Positions 48,128 through 61,614 are shown, counted from the first letter of the stretch. The stretch is 64,000 nucleotides of DNA from Neoconidiobolus thromboides FSU 785 (GCA_025603075.1 MU626376.1:1-64000), one strand, 5' to 3'. Notes: generated by a model from the sequence alone, not told the origin. Program-made: numbers and translations.

Positions 48128-50909
48128 ATATAATATCGTAAATATTTATACAATGAAATCAAGCATTAATAAAAAGTATAGATAAATTTTGCTCAATAAA
48201 TATATACTATATATTAAATAAAACCAATAAGTGTCAATAGACGTTAACGTTTCGATTTAAAAAGCTAACATAATATTATTTTTAACAACTTGATTATGTA
48301 AGATTGTTTTTTATTAGCCTAATTCAATACTTTTTTAATTTTTTTTCTAAAAAGGAATTCTTTAGTCACAATAACACTTCGGCTACTTATTTAGCTTAAT
48401 ATTATTAAAAAGCAATTATAATAAATTCTTTTTGGCTATATTAATTTCATGCAAATGTCTAATTTTGGGTTCATCAGTTTAATAGATTTTAACATACAAA
48501 CTTAATATACAAAGTATCAACAATCTTAAACTTTATAATCATTGAGATCAAATTTCAATAACTTTACCATCTTGTCCTTTGTCTATAATAATATTAAATA
48601 TCATTGTGCTCTGGTAAATCAAAAACTTATGGTTGTATACGCTTATTCATGCCGTTTAAAAGCAAATTAAAATATTTAATTTAAATATGTGTTATAGTGA
48701 CTTAGTTTGCTAGATTATTCTAAGTTTATTGTAAATATTTGATACAAAATCTCGATGTCTGGAATTTAAATTTATTAATAGAAAATCAAACTTACAAATT
48801 ACTATTTTTTTTATTTCAGTACTAGCTTTTAATGCCCCATTATATTTAGTAACGCTTATATATTAATATTCAGAATGATAAAAATACATATTCAATTTCT
48901 ATTTGCTCAAAATGGGGTTGACTGATGATGTTTTAATTAGACAAAATGCTTTGAATAGCTATAGAATGTTTATTTTAACAAAAACATTAGACTAAGCATA
49001 TAAAGGTATAAGTAATGATTTTATATCTCTTTCATAACAACAGTTATTTAAAAAAGTAAGCAACTATATTGTATAAATTTATTAAATACTTTGCATCTTC
49101 TATAGATTTAAGCTACACACTATTTTTTAATACTTTTTACTTCAAACTAAATTGAGCACTATACAAATGATTATTTAAAGGGTATTTTTCTGGTTAAATT
49201 ATTTAAGAATATTATTGATTAAGCGAGTAGAAGATTTCTCTTACTACAAAGGGCAATCTGGATTTATTCAAGTATTACTAAAAAAATACTTATAAATAAA
49301 TTTTAAGCTGTGGGGTCCCGAGACAACCACTTCAGCTTAAAACCCTGATAGTTTACAATAGTTCATGTTGCTAACAAAGCAAACTGTTGTTTATTAGTAA
49401 ATTGCGGCTATTTGTCAGTAAGATACCAAGTAGGCTTTTAATACATATTTTAAAATACTTATTAAGCTAAAATTGCTTACCAAATAATCTTACTCCGATT
49501 TTTATAATAAAGCTAAACATTCTAAAATGTATTTGACTGGGATAAACTATTAGCCAAAAATTCAGAGACCATATAGCTTTTTTCAAATACTCAACACAAA
49601 CTTATTTTTAAAATAGTAGCCGCGTTTATTTATTTTGCTATTTTATTTAGAAACTATAACAATTTATAGAATTTTATTCATGAAATTCATCATTTATGTA
49701 ACTTGATGCTTTTAGATTAAATAAACAAACATAAAGTAAAATGAAAACTTATAATATAGGTATGATGAAGGTATTATTTAAATTATATTGAATCTATCAA
49801 ATTCCTCACTGTTTTGACAAATGTTAAGAAAAATTAAAAATCTATAATATCATATGATTAAAGAGGGATCTTAGGGAATTTGATTAGGCTAATTATTTAT
49901 TAACAAAAAAAAGAATAAACTATTATTTTTAATTAAAAAAACGTTACAGAAAATGTACTATTTTATCTATTCGGGGCGTCAGTTGCTGCAAATAATAATT
50001 GATTATGTAAAGTTAAAATTTATTTTTGTATCAAAGTATCTTTAGGCTAATAGTGATATAAAATGAAATGAATTTGGAACACATATTTGGTATTTTACGT
50101 TTAATAAAACTATTAAATAATGATTGTGAGTTGTATCATAACCTAATTAATGCTAATTAAATTTTAAGTTGGCTGAATACTAATATTTCTAAATTAATAA
50201 ATAGAGATGTTGCTACGGGGGCTTTTTTAACTTGAATCTAGTGTATTCGGTTGAGCTTTAATATAAAAACAATTATAATGTCTATTATTTATAGGACTCC
50301 AAGGTGTAAAAAAAGATTAATGTTTCATAGTAAAGGATATAAAGTTAATTTTCATGGGAGTATTTAGGCTCTAAATTAAATGAAAATGTAAGTATGTACG
50401 AATCCCCCGTACCCCTATAGAACAAAAATATTAGGATAATAATTAATATATATATATTAGTATTGGTTTTTTTAAAGCAAATTTCCATTATGGGAATTTA
50501 GACGAAATAAACTTATTGTACAAAAATGGGATTAGTAGTAACCAATTAAGGAAAACTCTCACTAATGACGCATTATTCTTTTGAATATGTGAGCTAAAAC
50601 GTCAAAGCGATAAATTAAGCATAGCTTAAATTGGAATCCATACCAAAATTGTCAGATTAGCCTAAAAGTTAATATTAGAAGTAATTACTCCCTATTTTCA
50701 CTATTAATCTCAGTTAGATTAAGAAATAAAGCATGTTTAAATCATAACTAATATCTAAATTATTTAAAAAATTATTCTTTTCACAATTTTATAATGGTGT
50801 TAATAGTGACTAGCTGTGAAAGAAAAGTATAAATACAACAAAAAATATACAATAGCAACTATTCAAAAAGATTAATAAATTATATTAAATTAAACCAAAA
50901 AATACAAAA

Positions 50910-51302
50910 ATGCAGCAAACACAGGAATCTCGTTTTAGATTAGCAAAAAGTCATATCAATATTTTAGAAACTTTATATAAAGAAAGCCCAAGGCCGTGCT
51001 TAAGAGTACGTAAAGAGTTGGCTTTAAGGATGGGAATAGAACAACGAAAAGTGCAAATTTGGTTCCAAAATCGTAGAGCTAAAGATGTTAGGGAGGCACA
51101 ATCAACTACAGCTAACTTGGCACATTTGAATGTTAAAAGCAAAGATTTATACGAAAGCTCTGATGTAAGTTCAATTAGCTCTGAGAGATCATCACCAGAG
51201 ACCAGTAGAATGAACATTCAAAACGACAACCCAAGTTCGAAAAAAGTATTATCTCATTATTGGGCGTCAACTATGAACAGCTGCAAAATTCTTCAATTTT
51301 AG
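50910..51302 (+). CDS. Small non-TALE homeodomain transcription factor (130 aa), paralog of 3600-4019
   Basis: VQIWFQNRRAK; same size and a shared C-terminal YW..TM motif. Confidence 0.93.
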   Translation: MQQTQESRFRLAKSHINILETLYKESPRPCLRVRKELALRMGIEQRKVQIWFQNRRAKDVREAQSTTANLAHLNVKSKDLYESSDVSSISSERSSPETSRMNIQNDNPSSKKVLSHYWASTMNSCKILQF

Positions 51303-53121
51303 TTTTATTTCTCTAAATTTATTTAACCCTTTTTCGCTTCACTTTCATGTAATTCCATTTAATAAATTTCATTTTAAAAAGTTTGTTTTATTTAAACTAT
51401 GTTCAAATTAATTTATTTAATAGTATTGTTTTTAAATTCAATAGCAATTAATATGGTTTTTGTATGAATAATAGTGATGGCTTAATCATTTTGCCACATA
51501 TAATAGATGGATTAAATAATCTATCGTAAAGTACCTTTAAGAGGCCATTTTATGTTGATATCCTTCTATAAAACCTCCATAAAATCTATTGTATTTGACT
51601 TTAAGCTTTAGCATTAAACTTTGTTAAGATCCTGATCTTATATTTATTTAATGCTTGGTTATCTAATGGGAAAGCTTAAAAATGAGGGGTAGGGTATTAA
51701 TGAGTATTAGAGATCGTTTGATATGTCAATTAAGCTCAACAGAAACTGGGTTCATATTGGAGCGGTAAATTTTTAACTTTCACTTAACCAACACAGCTTT
51801 TACTTTGGTAATTTAGCCAGCTAATTCTGCCGCGTCTAATTATTTCTCTCTATTAGGTTTCTTACTAGCTATTTGTAAGATTCAATATTAAATTACCCGA
51901 TGGGTTAGCAATTTTATTAGGCTTATTAATTAAAATCATAAGGTTGATAGTTTTGTTCTCTGTTAATACATTTTATTTAATTCTTGATATGAACTCTTGA
52001 AATAGTGTGTTAAATACAAAAATATATTTATATTGCTCTGTGATGTTCAAAGATAAACTCTAGTTTGTATTGAAACGGTACTAAATTTTAAATATGGAGG
52101 ATCTAAGTATAACAATAATAAATTATAAGAACTCAGAATAAAATCGTAAATTTACAAATTTGAAAAGGTAGCAAAAAATAAAAAATATTAATAAAGTGGA
52201 TATTAATAAAAGTTATTCTTGTTGTTATATTAATTTGACTTTAATAAAGGCGGCTAGCTAAAATAAATTTGCCATTTTTTTCTATAATAAGATCCATATT
52301 TTAACTCCTTGGACACTTTGTACAAATAAAGGTTTTGTTAATATTCGTTTTGCTATAAATAGTCTATAAAATGGTTTACACTTAGCATAATTTGTGCTTT
52401 TTTATATCAAATTCTAAATTACCTAATATTCAAACTTAGGTTAAAAGTAGTGTTGTTATTAATTTGTAAATTTAGAATAAACGCAGATTTCTAAAAATGT
52501 AAATGTACATTGCATGTTAGTAATTTATTCGGTTGATAGATACTTTCTATTTTTATGATTTTATAATAATGATTTATAATTAATGATATCTCATGAGTAT
52601 GTCATGTAAATTTAAATCAATTGATATTTGTTTCTTGTATACAGTTATTAGATTCGAACGTTGTAAGCTTAAGAAGATTTATTTACTTAAAGCGATAAAT
52701 AAATACTGTATACCAGTTTGAAAGTATTCAATATGCTATTGAAGAATTATAATGCGTTTACTTATCTACATTTTAGCTCATTTAATATTATAACTAAATT
52801 TCTTTAAAGGTTAATTATAGTACAAGTTTTGTGTATAATTTATGTTTATATTTTTTCAAACTTCAAAAAATTAATATAGTACTCTGAAAATATTGTAACG
52901 CTCCTTTGAATATGTAAAACAGTAATTTATAAATGATAAGAATTGAATATTAGTAATAAGATTACACACTAATTTTGATTTTTAAAGTAGTAAACAATAG
53001 AGTATATTTTTAATGTTACTATCAAATAAAAGCTATCAATTTAAATTTATAGGAATATAAAAATTGGTAAAGAAAGAAGTATTACTCATCTTATTAACAC
53101 GTATAAAGTTGAAAGCCATAT

Positions 53122-53214
53122 AAGGTGAATGTATTTTGTGTTTAAGAATTTTAATAACAACTTTCCTGTTCAAATAGCATCTAAAAGAGAAAAGTGATGA
53201 AGCCGAAAAAACCC
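53122..53214 (+). mobile_element. MITE-A copy
   Basis: Diverged; flanks ATAT/ATAT. Confidence 0.82.
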
Positions 53215-54789
53215 ATATGATTGTAATATAGAAGTAAATCAGTTATTTTCTTAAGAAACTTGAAGGAACAACTCTAAATGCTTTATTAACGGAGGAAAAA
53301 AAGATATTAGTCTGATTGATAACCAGATCAAGTAGAGATGGTAAAGTTAAGGAAAAAGAGAAATCAAACAATTCCCAAAAAATTCTAATCCAGTTTTACT
53401 AGGTTTAATTTCAATAGATCGTACTTAATGACTTGAACTTACATTTTGTATAAAGAAATCCGAAGATAGGATAGTGTGAGGAGGCATTGGATGATATAAT
53501 TTGATATTAATTGGAAGTATTATGGATATTTAATATATAAGGTGCATGTCAATAGGCATAAAAAAGGTTTGGTGTAAGGACAAGCATGATAGAAATGCCA
53601 GGCGCAGCTAATCGAGGTCAGTCAAGGATATGTATTATAACCAATTGTTTTTTCAATAATATTTTATAATTTACCCTTGCTTTCTCCAAGTGGTTTTCCT
53701 GGATCTAATTTTAACTATTAAATTCAAATACCATAATATCTAAAAGCATTTATAATGAATACAAATGTAATATACAATTCTTTTAGTAAAATAAACTATC
53801 TCAAAGTTGACATGCAGATTTTCTTACTTAAAATTCAGATAATGGTTGTTACATTTTGAGCTGTTTAAAAGGAAATATGCAATGTAAAATAGCTTTTGTA
53901 GTAGGATTAATATTTTTCAATAGGTAATTTTTAGAGGAAAAGGCAGTGGATTCAATTTAAAAAAAAAACAAGCTTACATGTTTGGAGAAAATTTATTAAA
54001 GTTAATCTTTTATAAGATCCAAGAGGAACAATATGTCTAGTTTAAAGCAATCAGTTTTCTTTTTTTTCCTGAAAAGCTATTGGGTAGTAAAACTATTTGG
54101 CACTAATAGTTCTCTTACTCCTTTATCAGGCTTTCTGGAAATACCAGCGGAAAGGAAGCCCTGACTAGGAAGCCCAGTTCTCCGCTTCTTGCCTTCTAAT
54201 TCTTGTGTTCATTCTTTACTAGCAAAGGATTTGAGGATTTCGACCTTTTTAAAGGTTTTTAAAAAGAGTACCAAATGCCCAATAAAAGTAAAATCCTAAT
54301 TATAAGAAAACAAAGGCAAAGTTCTTTAACCAAAATAGAGCTACAGGTTTAACTCTTACATGTTTGGCTTATAATTGCTATATCAACTATTGTATATTGC
54401 CATAGTATTTGATATTGGTACAAATTTTATATTTTTGTTTGCCACTTATTATTTTCTATAAACTTTTAAAAGCAGATTATTTAAATAATTTAAAAAACAT
54501 ATGTGATAAACTTACTTTTGTTTATAGTTCAAATTTCAAAGACTGTAGAAGAGGAGTAATTTGATGTTTCTGGTTCATGAAACAAATAAATTCAAATCTA
54601 ATCCATTCTTTCCAATTTAATCCCTTTAACTATGCTACTCCACAAGCTCCAACTAGCAACTATTTTTATTGTTAAAGATGATAACTGTGGCCACATGGTC
54701 ATTTAAAAAATATCCAAACTTTACATGAGAAGACAATCTCAATCCTTTTTATTTTTATTGTGTTGACTTTTTATTTTTTGTTAATTTAT

Positions 54790-56110
54790 TACTCTGTAGA
54801 GTTAATGTGATAATTCTAAGATTATTTGTTGGTGGACGCATCGGTAGTGGAAGACAAATTGTATTATTTAGGTGGTTATATTTGAATACCGAATATAGTT
54901 ATAGATGAAGAAAATAAATAGCTTTTAAATTAGATTTTAAAAAAGGGGTAAAGTTAATTAATAGTGCTATGGAATGGGAGGCGCACAAAATGATTCATTA
55001 AGGTTCCTCGAGCCGTATACCAATATGATATATATACCAAATGATACAGTCGTGCATTTTCATAGTAATACTTTAAATGAAATCCTAAACTTTGATTGAT
55101 ATTGAAAAGAAGGAATAGTATGGCGAATCTCTCATCAAAAGTTTATTCAGGAATATAACATATCTGGCTCAGAAATAAAAGATACATAATACACTTAACA
55201 CATTGGTATTTTATAAGGTAACGAGAATTTAAATAAATTCTATATTGCTAATGAAATACAGCTGTCATAACTTTTATCAACAAAATCGATATCATTTGAC
55301 ATTCAAACCAAAGCGAAAACAATTTGTCAATCAAAAAAAGGTCACATATAAAATAACTTCATAATAATAAATTGTATTTTTTGAAAAGTCAGGTAACTTA
55401 AGATTAGGATTCAACGATAAAGTATTGTATGAGTTAAATTTAACATAATGTAAAATAAAAAGATATGAAACTGGTTTTACAGAATGTCCTTATATATCAA
55501 TCCCAAAACGGAATCATTCTGCTTATTTTAATTCAGATGGCGATGATGCTGAAGCTGAAATTTATAAGTTTTCCTTTCAATCTTTTGATTTTGAACAAAC
55601 AAACCAGTAATATCAGGTAGTTGTGGACGTGTTACTATTTATAAAAATCATTCGATAAATTCATTTAGCTACAATAGTATTGGCCTTTATAAATTTATTA
55701 ATGTAACAAGCAATATTGAGGATATATTTTTGTGTTTAAGAATTTTACTAATTTTCTACTTAAATAGCTCTTAAAAAACGGAAAAAATAATGAAGTTAAA
55801 AAAAATACTCCCATTGCTATTGAAATAAGGATAAATCAAAGCTCAAATAAAACTCAAGTATTTATATATATCAAATACTTGGAAACAATTAGATGATATA
55901 TCCCTATTAAATGATCATAACAACAGAAATACAAAAGTAATAGAAAATCCCATGGAAATGATAAATAGCAATAACACTAATTTACTAATAAGGATATTGT
56001 AGGTCGAATAGATGGAGTAATTTTAATAACAGCTAGTATAGTATTATAATATATGAATTTAAATTTAAAAAAGAAAGGTTCCTAAACTTTATTATTGATC
56101 TCTGATTTAT
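54790..56110 (+). pseudogene. Kelch/beta-propeller TM family, copy C (decayed, MITE-interrupted)
   Basis: GTAGTGGAAGACAAATTGTATTATTTAGGTGG encodes VVEDKLYYLGG; later SFDIQTK and TM/juxtamembrane remnants. Confidence 0.8.
55718..55812 (+). mobile_element. MITE-A copy within kelch copy C
   Basis: Full core; flanks TATT/ATTG. Confidence 0.85.
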
Positions 56111-56192
56111 ATAAGTAAAGAAAGATAATATTACATTATTTCTAAAATAATTTTATTTTATATTAAATTCTATTGTTAAACATTAATTATTT

Positions 56193-56289
56193 GGATGTGT
56201 TTTTATATTTAAAATTTTTACTAACAATTTTTCCGCTCAAATAATGCTTAAAAGATAGAAAAAGTAATGAAGCCATAAAAAACAACTCC
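56193..56289 (+). mobile_element. MITE-A copy
   Basis: Full core, degraded ends. Confidence 0.85.
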
Positions 56290-56469
56290 AAATATTTTTT
56301 AGTATTAAATATTACAAAAGTTTAATCTTCATGTTTAATATTAACTGAAAGCCTATTTGAAAGCTTAAAAATTGGTTTAAAACAGATGGAATAAATATTT
56401 TTAAAAAAATAGTAAATAAAAATTGCAGTGTTATTTGAATTATGTTGCTTTTTCTTTATTTACATCTGG

Positions 56470-57871
56470 GGCTTTTAAAACTTCAACACTTATTTCTATC
56501 GGTAGGATCTTAATGATATCACTGATCTCTCGCGAATAACTGAATGTTTCAGTATTATAATAGTTACTGTTAGTACCTTATATATTAATTAGTTTTATAT
56601 GAATTGGATCAATAAGAAAGCTTGGGGGCCTTTTCTTCTTAATTTATACTTGTATACTATAAATATAATGACCAACACTATTAGAATTACGCCTATTATT
56701 CTTCCTGTAACATCTTCTATTGATCAGTTACTGCTATTGTTATTTATAGTGCGAGTAGGGTTATCTTTTACTTTTATCTTTTTATCTTCATTTTTATTTA
56801 ATGAAGACATATTATCTAACTGCTCTCAGCTAGTTAAATTATAAATATAAACTCAATTTGAACCCTTCAAAAGGTGCCTAGGACGAAAGGTACTTATCAT
56901 GTTATCATACCCTTGATTATTAGTTAGGTAGTAATCCAGAGAGCTTATTGAATAATCCTTGTAGGTAGTCAAATATCAAATTTTTTAAAGAAAATCGTAC
57001 TATTTAATTGTCTAAAAGTTGATGCTTGAAACTAAAACTTGTAAACGTCACTGTGAGCACTACTCCTGGTATATATAATAATATAAGCTGAATGATTGTA
57101 TTTTATTGTATAAAGGATTCTGATTCCCGTGAAATTAATTTTATAGATTTGCACTTTACATGGTATTGAATTCAATTCATATAATAGCAGCTATACATTA
57201 TTAATTAGACCTAAAAAATTTCTTGATCTTTCATAAAAGTATAGCTTATTATCATTAATGGATTGCTGGTCAATAAAGTAAGCTGTGTTTGATTCATAAA
57301 TTGCCTTCATTTCTTTAGTTTCGATATTGAATGATATTAATTTTGATGGGAAAATTGATGAATCATATACAAGTAAAATGAAATTTATTTAAGTTATATT
57401 CGTCTTGCAAAATATTGAACATGCTAGTACTCTTTAAAGTCCTTTTTTCAGAAATTGGCATATTATACTTATAATAAAATCCATTAGTAGTGCATTTACC
57501 ATACCATTCTTTCCTTTCAATATCAAAACGACTGTATGCTAACACTGGACCCGAACTATATCGAGAAAAGTGTAATAATGTTTTATTTTCAACAGAAAAC
57601 AATTTGCTTCCTGAGTTATGAGACTCTAACGGGTTTGTTGTATTACATACTCCCCTTTCCGTAGTATTGATAACTAACTTTATTCCTTTGTTTAAATCTA
57701 ACTTAAACAATTCTTTATTGTGTTCTTATATACTTACATTCGGTATATCAATAAACTCTTGTGAATATTATAGTTCATTTTTACTATAATACAATTACCA
57801 TCCCGTGCTCTCGGTATTGTCATATTGGTTCCATAAAATAAAAGATCAGTAAAAAACAAAATTAAAAACAT
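56470..57871 (-). pseudogene. Kelch/beta-propeller TM family, copy D
   Basis: MFLILFFTDLLFYGTN..PRARDGNCIIVKNEL* with early stops; ORF 57363-57710; tail NYYNTETFSYSREI. Confidence 0.88.
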
Positions 57872-58049
57872 AGAAAAAGGTAAGATGCCAATTAGAATCT
57901 AAAGAGCATTTCTAGCAATTGGGTACCTCAGGAGTTATTTCAGCCTATTTTATTACATTGATTTAAAGTCAACTTGAAAATTTATTAAAACTAATTTAAC
58001 AGAAATGCTAGAGATAAAAATGCCAACATCATTAAAATTATTAACTTGC

Positions 58050-59480
58050 TTATTCTTTATTTCCATCCGTTGCTGCTGAAGCTTTGATATATGTTTTTAT
58101 ACGCAACATTGTAATAGCTTCATCGATTTCTTGTGAATGGCTAAAAATTTCTGTATTATAATAATTATTTTGGACATCTGATAGGTCAATCGGTTCAATA
58201 AAAATAGGATCGATAATAAAACTTGGAGGTTTATTTTTTCTTAATTTGTGTTTGTATACTATAAATACTATAACTGCTGTTATTAATATTACTAAGCCTA
58301 TTCCACTTAAAGTTCCTCTAATTAGCATGCTGGTATTATCATTATCACTTATGACGCCTATATAATCCTTTTTACTGGTTTCTTTTATCTCATTGACTTC
58401 GCTTTTCTTTGAAGGTATGCCCTGTACTTGTTCCCAACTAGTTAAATTGTAAATTTGAACTTTATTTGAACTTTCTAAAGAATAGTCATGAGGATGTGTA
58501 TTTATATTATTTTTACCAGCGTACGTGCTAATTTTATAATAACCAAGAGAGCTTATCAAATAGTTTTTATAAGTGGTAAAACACTCTTGACCATTAAATA
58601 GAACTGTTTTACTTACTTGTTTAAACTCCGATGATTGAAAATCAAACTTATGAATTTCAGCTGTGGAATTACCACCAGGATTCAAAATAAAATAAGCAGA
58701 ATCATTGGATTTTATTACTGATAATCTCAAATGTTTTAAAAAGTCCATTTTGTGTTTTTGTATCTTACGTGATGATAAATCTAATTCGTTTAATATCTTG
58801 ATGTCACTAAATGTATTTGTAGATTCTCTTGATCGTTCAAAAAAGTATAATTTATTATTATTAACAAACTGTTGATATATTGAATAGCCTTTATTTGATT
58901 CATGAATTGTTTTCATTTCTTTAGTTTTGATATCAAATGATATTAACTTTGTTGGTAGAGTTGGCAGATAAAATACATTAGTAATATAAAACTTATTTAA
59001 ATTGTGTTCATCTTGTAACACATTAAAGTGGGGATCATAGTCAATGGATTTTTTTTTAGAAATAGATATATTGTATTCATGGTAAAATTCATTAATATAA
59101 TATTCATCAAACCAATCTTTGTTTTCAATATTAAAGCTATTGTAAGATAATGCTGGTTCTGATCTGTATCCATCAAAGTGAACTAATATTTTATCTCCAA
59201 TATAAAACATCTTAGTTAATGGATACCGAAAGTCCGGTGAATTTGTCATATTATATGCCTCCCATTCTGCGATGTTAACAGCTAGCTTTACCCCTTCTTT
59301 TAAATTCAACTTAAACAACTGTTTGTTATATTCTAATACATCTATATTCGGGATATAAGTCATCCCACCTAAATAATACAATTCATCCTCTACCACAATA
59401 CATTTACCACCATCTACTCTTGGTGCTATTCCATTAGTTCTATAAAACAAAAGACTAACAAAAAACAAAAACAAAGACAT
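58050..59480 (-). CDS. Intact type I membrane protein: signal peptide, kelch-like beta-propeller, TM helix, ~60-aa cytoplasmic tail (copy E)
   Basis: First ATG at 59480 aligns with the copy D start (the ORF track's 59534 is TTG); PRVDGGKCIVVEDELYYLGG kelch start; TM GIGLVILITAVIVFIVY then KHKLRK. Confidence 0.85.
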   Translation of the reverse strand: MSLFLFFVSLLFYRTNGIAPRVDGGKCIVVEDELYYLGGMTYIPNIDVLEYNKQLFKLNLKEGVKLAVNIAEWEAYNMTNSPDFRYPLTKMFYIGDKILVHFDGYRSEPALSYNSFNIENKDWFDEYYINEFYHEYNISISKKKSIDYDPHFNVLQDEHNLNKFYITNVFYLPTLPTKLISFDIKTKEMKTIHESNKGYSIYQQFVNNNKLYFFERSRESTNTFSDIKILNELDLSSRKIQKHKMDFLKHLRLSVIKSNDSAYFILNPGGNSTAEIHKFDFQSSEFKQVSKTVLFNGQECFTTYKNYLISSLGYYKISTYAGKNNINTHPHDYSLESSNKVQIYNLTSWEQVQGIPSKKSEVNEIKETSKKDYIGVISDNDNTSMLIRGTLSGIGLVILITAVIVFIVYKHKLRKNKPPSFIIDPIFIEPIDLSDVQNNYYNTEIFSHSQEIDEAITMLRIKTYIKASAATDGNKE

Positions 59481-59729
59481 GGTTAAAAAAACTATCTTAA
59501 TAACTGTTTTTGTTTTGGGAAATGTAAAATCCAATTAGAATCCGCAGAATATTTTTAGCAATTAAATATTTGAAATACTATTGCAACACATTTTATCATA
59601 TATTTTAGGCCAATTTAAAAATAGATTAAAAGTTATTTAGTGTAATTGCTATTTGGCAATCAATTATTATAGTTTGAATGATAAATTTACTTTCTTTTTA
59701 TCCTTACATTTCATAGATTCTTATCGTGT

Positions 59730-61614
59730 GTTTCTATCGATAGTATGGTAATAACATTGCTAATCTCTTGAATGATCAAAAATTCCAGTACTATTATAAT
59801 AATTATTGGTATCCAATAGATTAATTGATTCTATATAAGTAGATTTAATAATAAAACTTGGAGATCTTTTTTTCTTTAACTTATGTTTATAATTAACTGA
59901 TACAATAACTACTGTTACTATAGTAACACTACTATTCTAATTATACTATCTCCAATTAATGAGCCAATATTTTCATCAATTATGTCGTTTATAGAACAAT
60001 TCTTACTCATTAAAAATATATCATCTACTTGCTATCAATTAGTTAAATTGTACATTTAAACTCTATTTAAATTTTTAATAAGATCTTTATGTAATTAGAA
60101 CTATTTTTCATATTACTATACTCAAGTTGAGATCAGTTAAAAAAATTAAAAGAGTTTGTTAAATAATTCTTATAAGTAGCAAAGCATCACTTACTATTGA
60201 ACTAGATTGTTTTATTAGATGGCTTAAAGCCTAATAATCGAAATAAAAACTCATGGATTTTAGTTTGAATGCTATTATCATTATCAAAAGAAAAATACCC
60301 AAAATGATTGGACTTTATTATTGGTAGTTCTAAATACCTCATAAAGTTAATATTGCATTCTTCTAATTTATGTGATATTAAATCTAATCAACATGCTAAT
60401 TTAATATCACTAACTGGTTTTGAAATATCGCTTGAAATTTCAAAATAGTACGTTTTGTTATCAGTGTTGTTTTTGAGTTTCATCACTGGAATGGCTTAGT
60501 TTTTCTGAAGTCTTCCGTTCTAGATGCTGCCTCTTATCCTTTGGTAACATAAATTCAATTACCTTGTGGTAGTATTTAATAGTCAATAAGATAAGTTTAA
60601 AAATAACAAAAGTAAGAATACTAAATGAGTTTTATTTATAATTGTTTGATATTTATTTGGTTAACTGAGTCAGATTTATATACATTCGGAGTGCCATGTG
60701 GCACCTAATTATAGGCTATAAAGAGTACTAAGCCTAATGTTCACAGTTATTTTCTCCTGGATCACCTTGATGAGTCCCTTGATGGTTTCTTTTTGTTGTG
60801 CTCTAGTTGATTGAATTTTAACTTCATTGTAATGATTAATTAAATTCACTTGATTTGCTGCAGGTTCTCACTTAATTTTAAGTCAATCGTAAAGGTAAAT
60901 TTTATCATGTAGTAAAGACTGAAGATTTCTGGATTTCCATTTACCAGTCAGTAATCATTAAGAAATAGTTAATATATAGAGCTATTTTCATTTGGTTCAT
61001 AAAATGTTTTTAATTCTTCATTTTCAATATTAGATAATATTAATATTGTTAATAAAGTTAATAAAGTTAATAAAGTTAATAAATAGATTACCGTAACAAT
61101 ATAAAATTGATTTAAATTGATTTTATCTTGTATAAAATTAGGGTATGTACCGTAATGAACCTGTTCTCTTTTAGAATTAGAGATTTCGTATTCATGATAG
61201 AGTTCATTGGCAAAATAGATATCGTACCATCCTTTCTTTTCAATGTCAAAACAGCTATAAACTAATATTGGCTCTGGGCTATATCAATAGAATAAATTGT
61301 TGGATCATTTCCAATTAAAAAAGATTGGTATATGGGTCACAAAAATCAAGAGGGTTTTTCATATTGTATTACTTCCATTCAAGAGTATCAACAATCAACT
61401 TTATTCCCTTTTTTAAATCTAACTTAAACAATCGCTTATTTTCTTTAGATAAGTTTACATTTGGCATGTAAGACATTGACCTAAAATAGTTTAATTCATC
61501 TTTCACTATGATATAACTATTATTATCTAGCCTTAGTACCATAATATCAAGCTTACAAAATATAATACTAATAAAAAATATGTATAAGGACGTGTTTATA
61601 AAAACAGTTCTCAA
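59730..61614 (-). pseudogene. Kelch/beta-propeller TM family, copy F (with ~490-bp insertion)
   Basis: ORF 61369-61614 IIVKDELNYF..LFKLDLKKGIKL; downstream segments colinear with copy E. Confidence 0.82.
60465..60953. mobile_element. Old insertion in copy F, possible solo LTR
   Basis: Interrupts the SIYQQFVN|NNKLYF-equivalent region; starts TGTTG; flanks ATCAG/ATCAT. Confidence 0.4.

Noticed and set aside
13284-51217. Overlapping opposite-strand ORFs (13284, 14119, 16374, 18548, 20849, 23298, 30019, 30218, 34546, 50951 and similar)
   Set aside because: Antisense or alternate-frame shadows of real genes, with no motifs.
22447-59480. Rax1-Rax2 functional pair (RGS protein plus kelch/TM proteins)
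   Set aside because: Copy E is much shorter than Rax2 and belongs to a fast-turnover family; the only link is a shared generic architecture.
24280-61085. Simple repeats (TTAATAATA)4 near 24281, (AATAAAGTT)3 near 61049, and (GAGAAA)n in FIG4
   Set aside because: Ordinary slippage products in AT-rich DNA.
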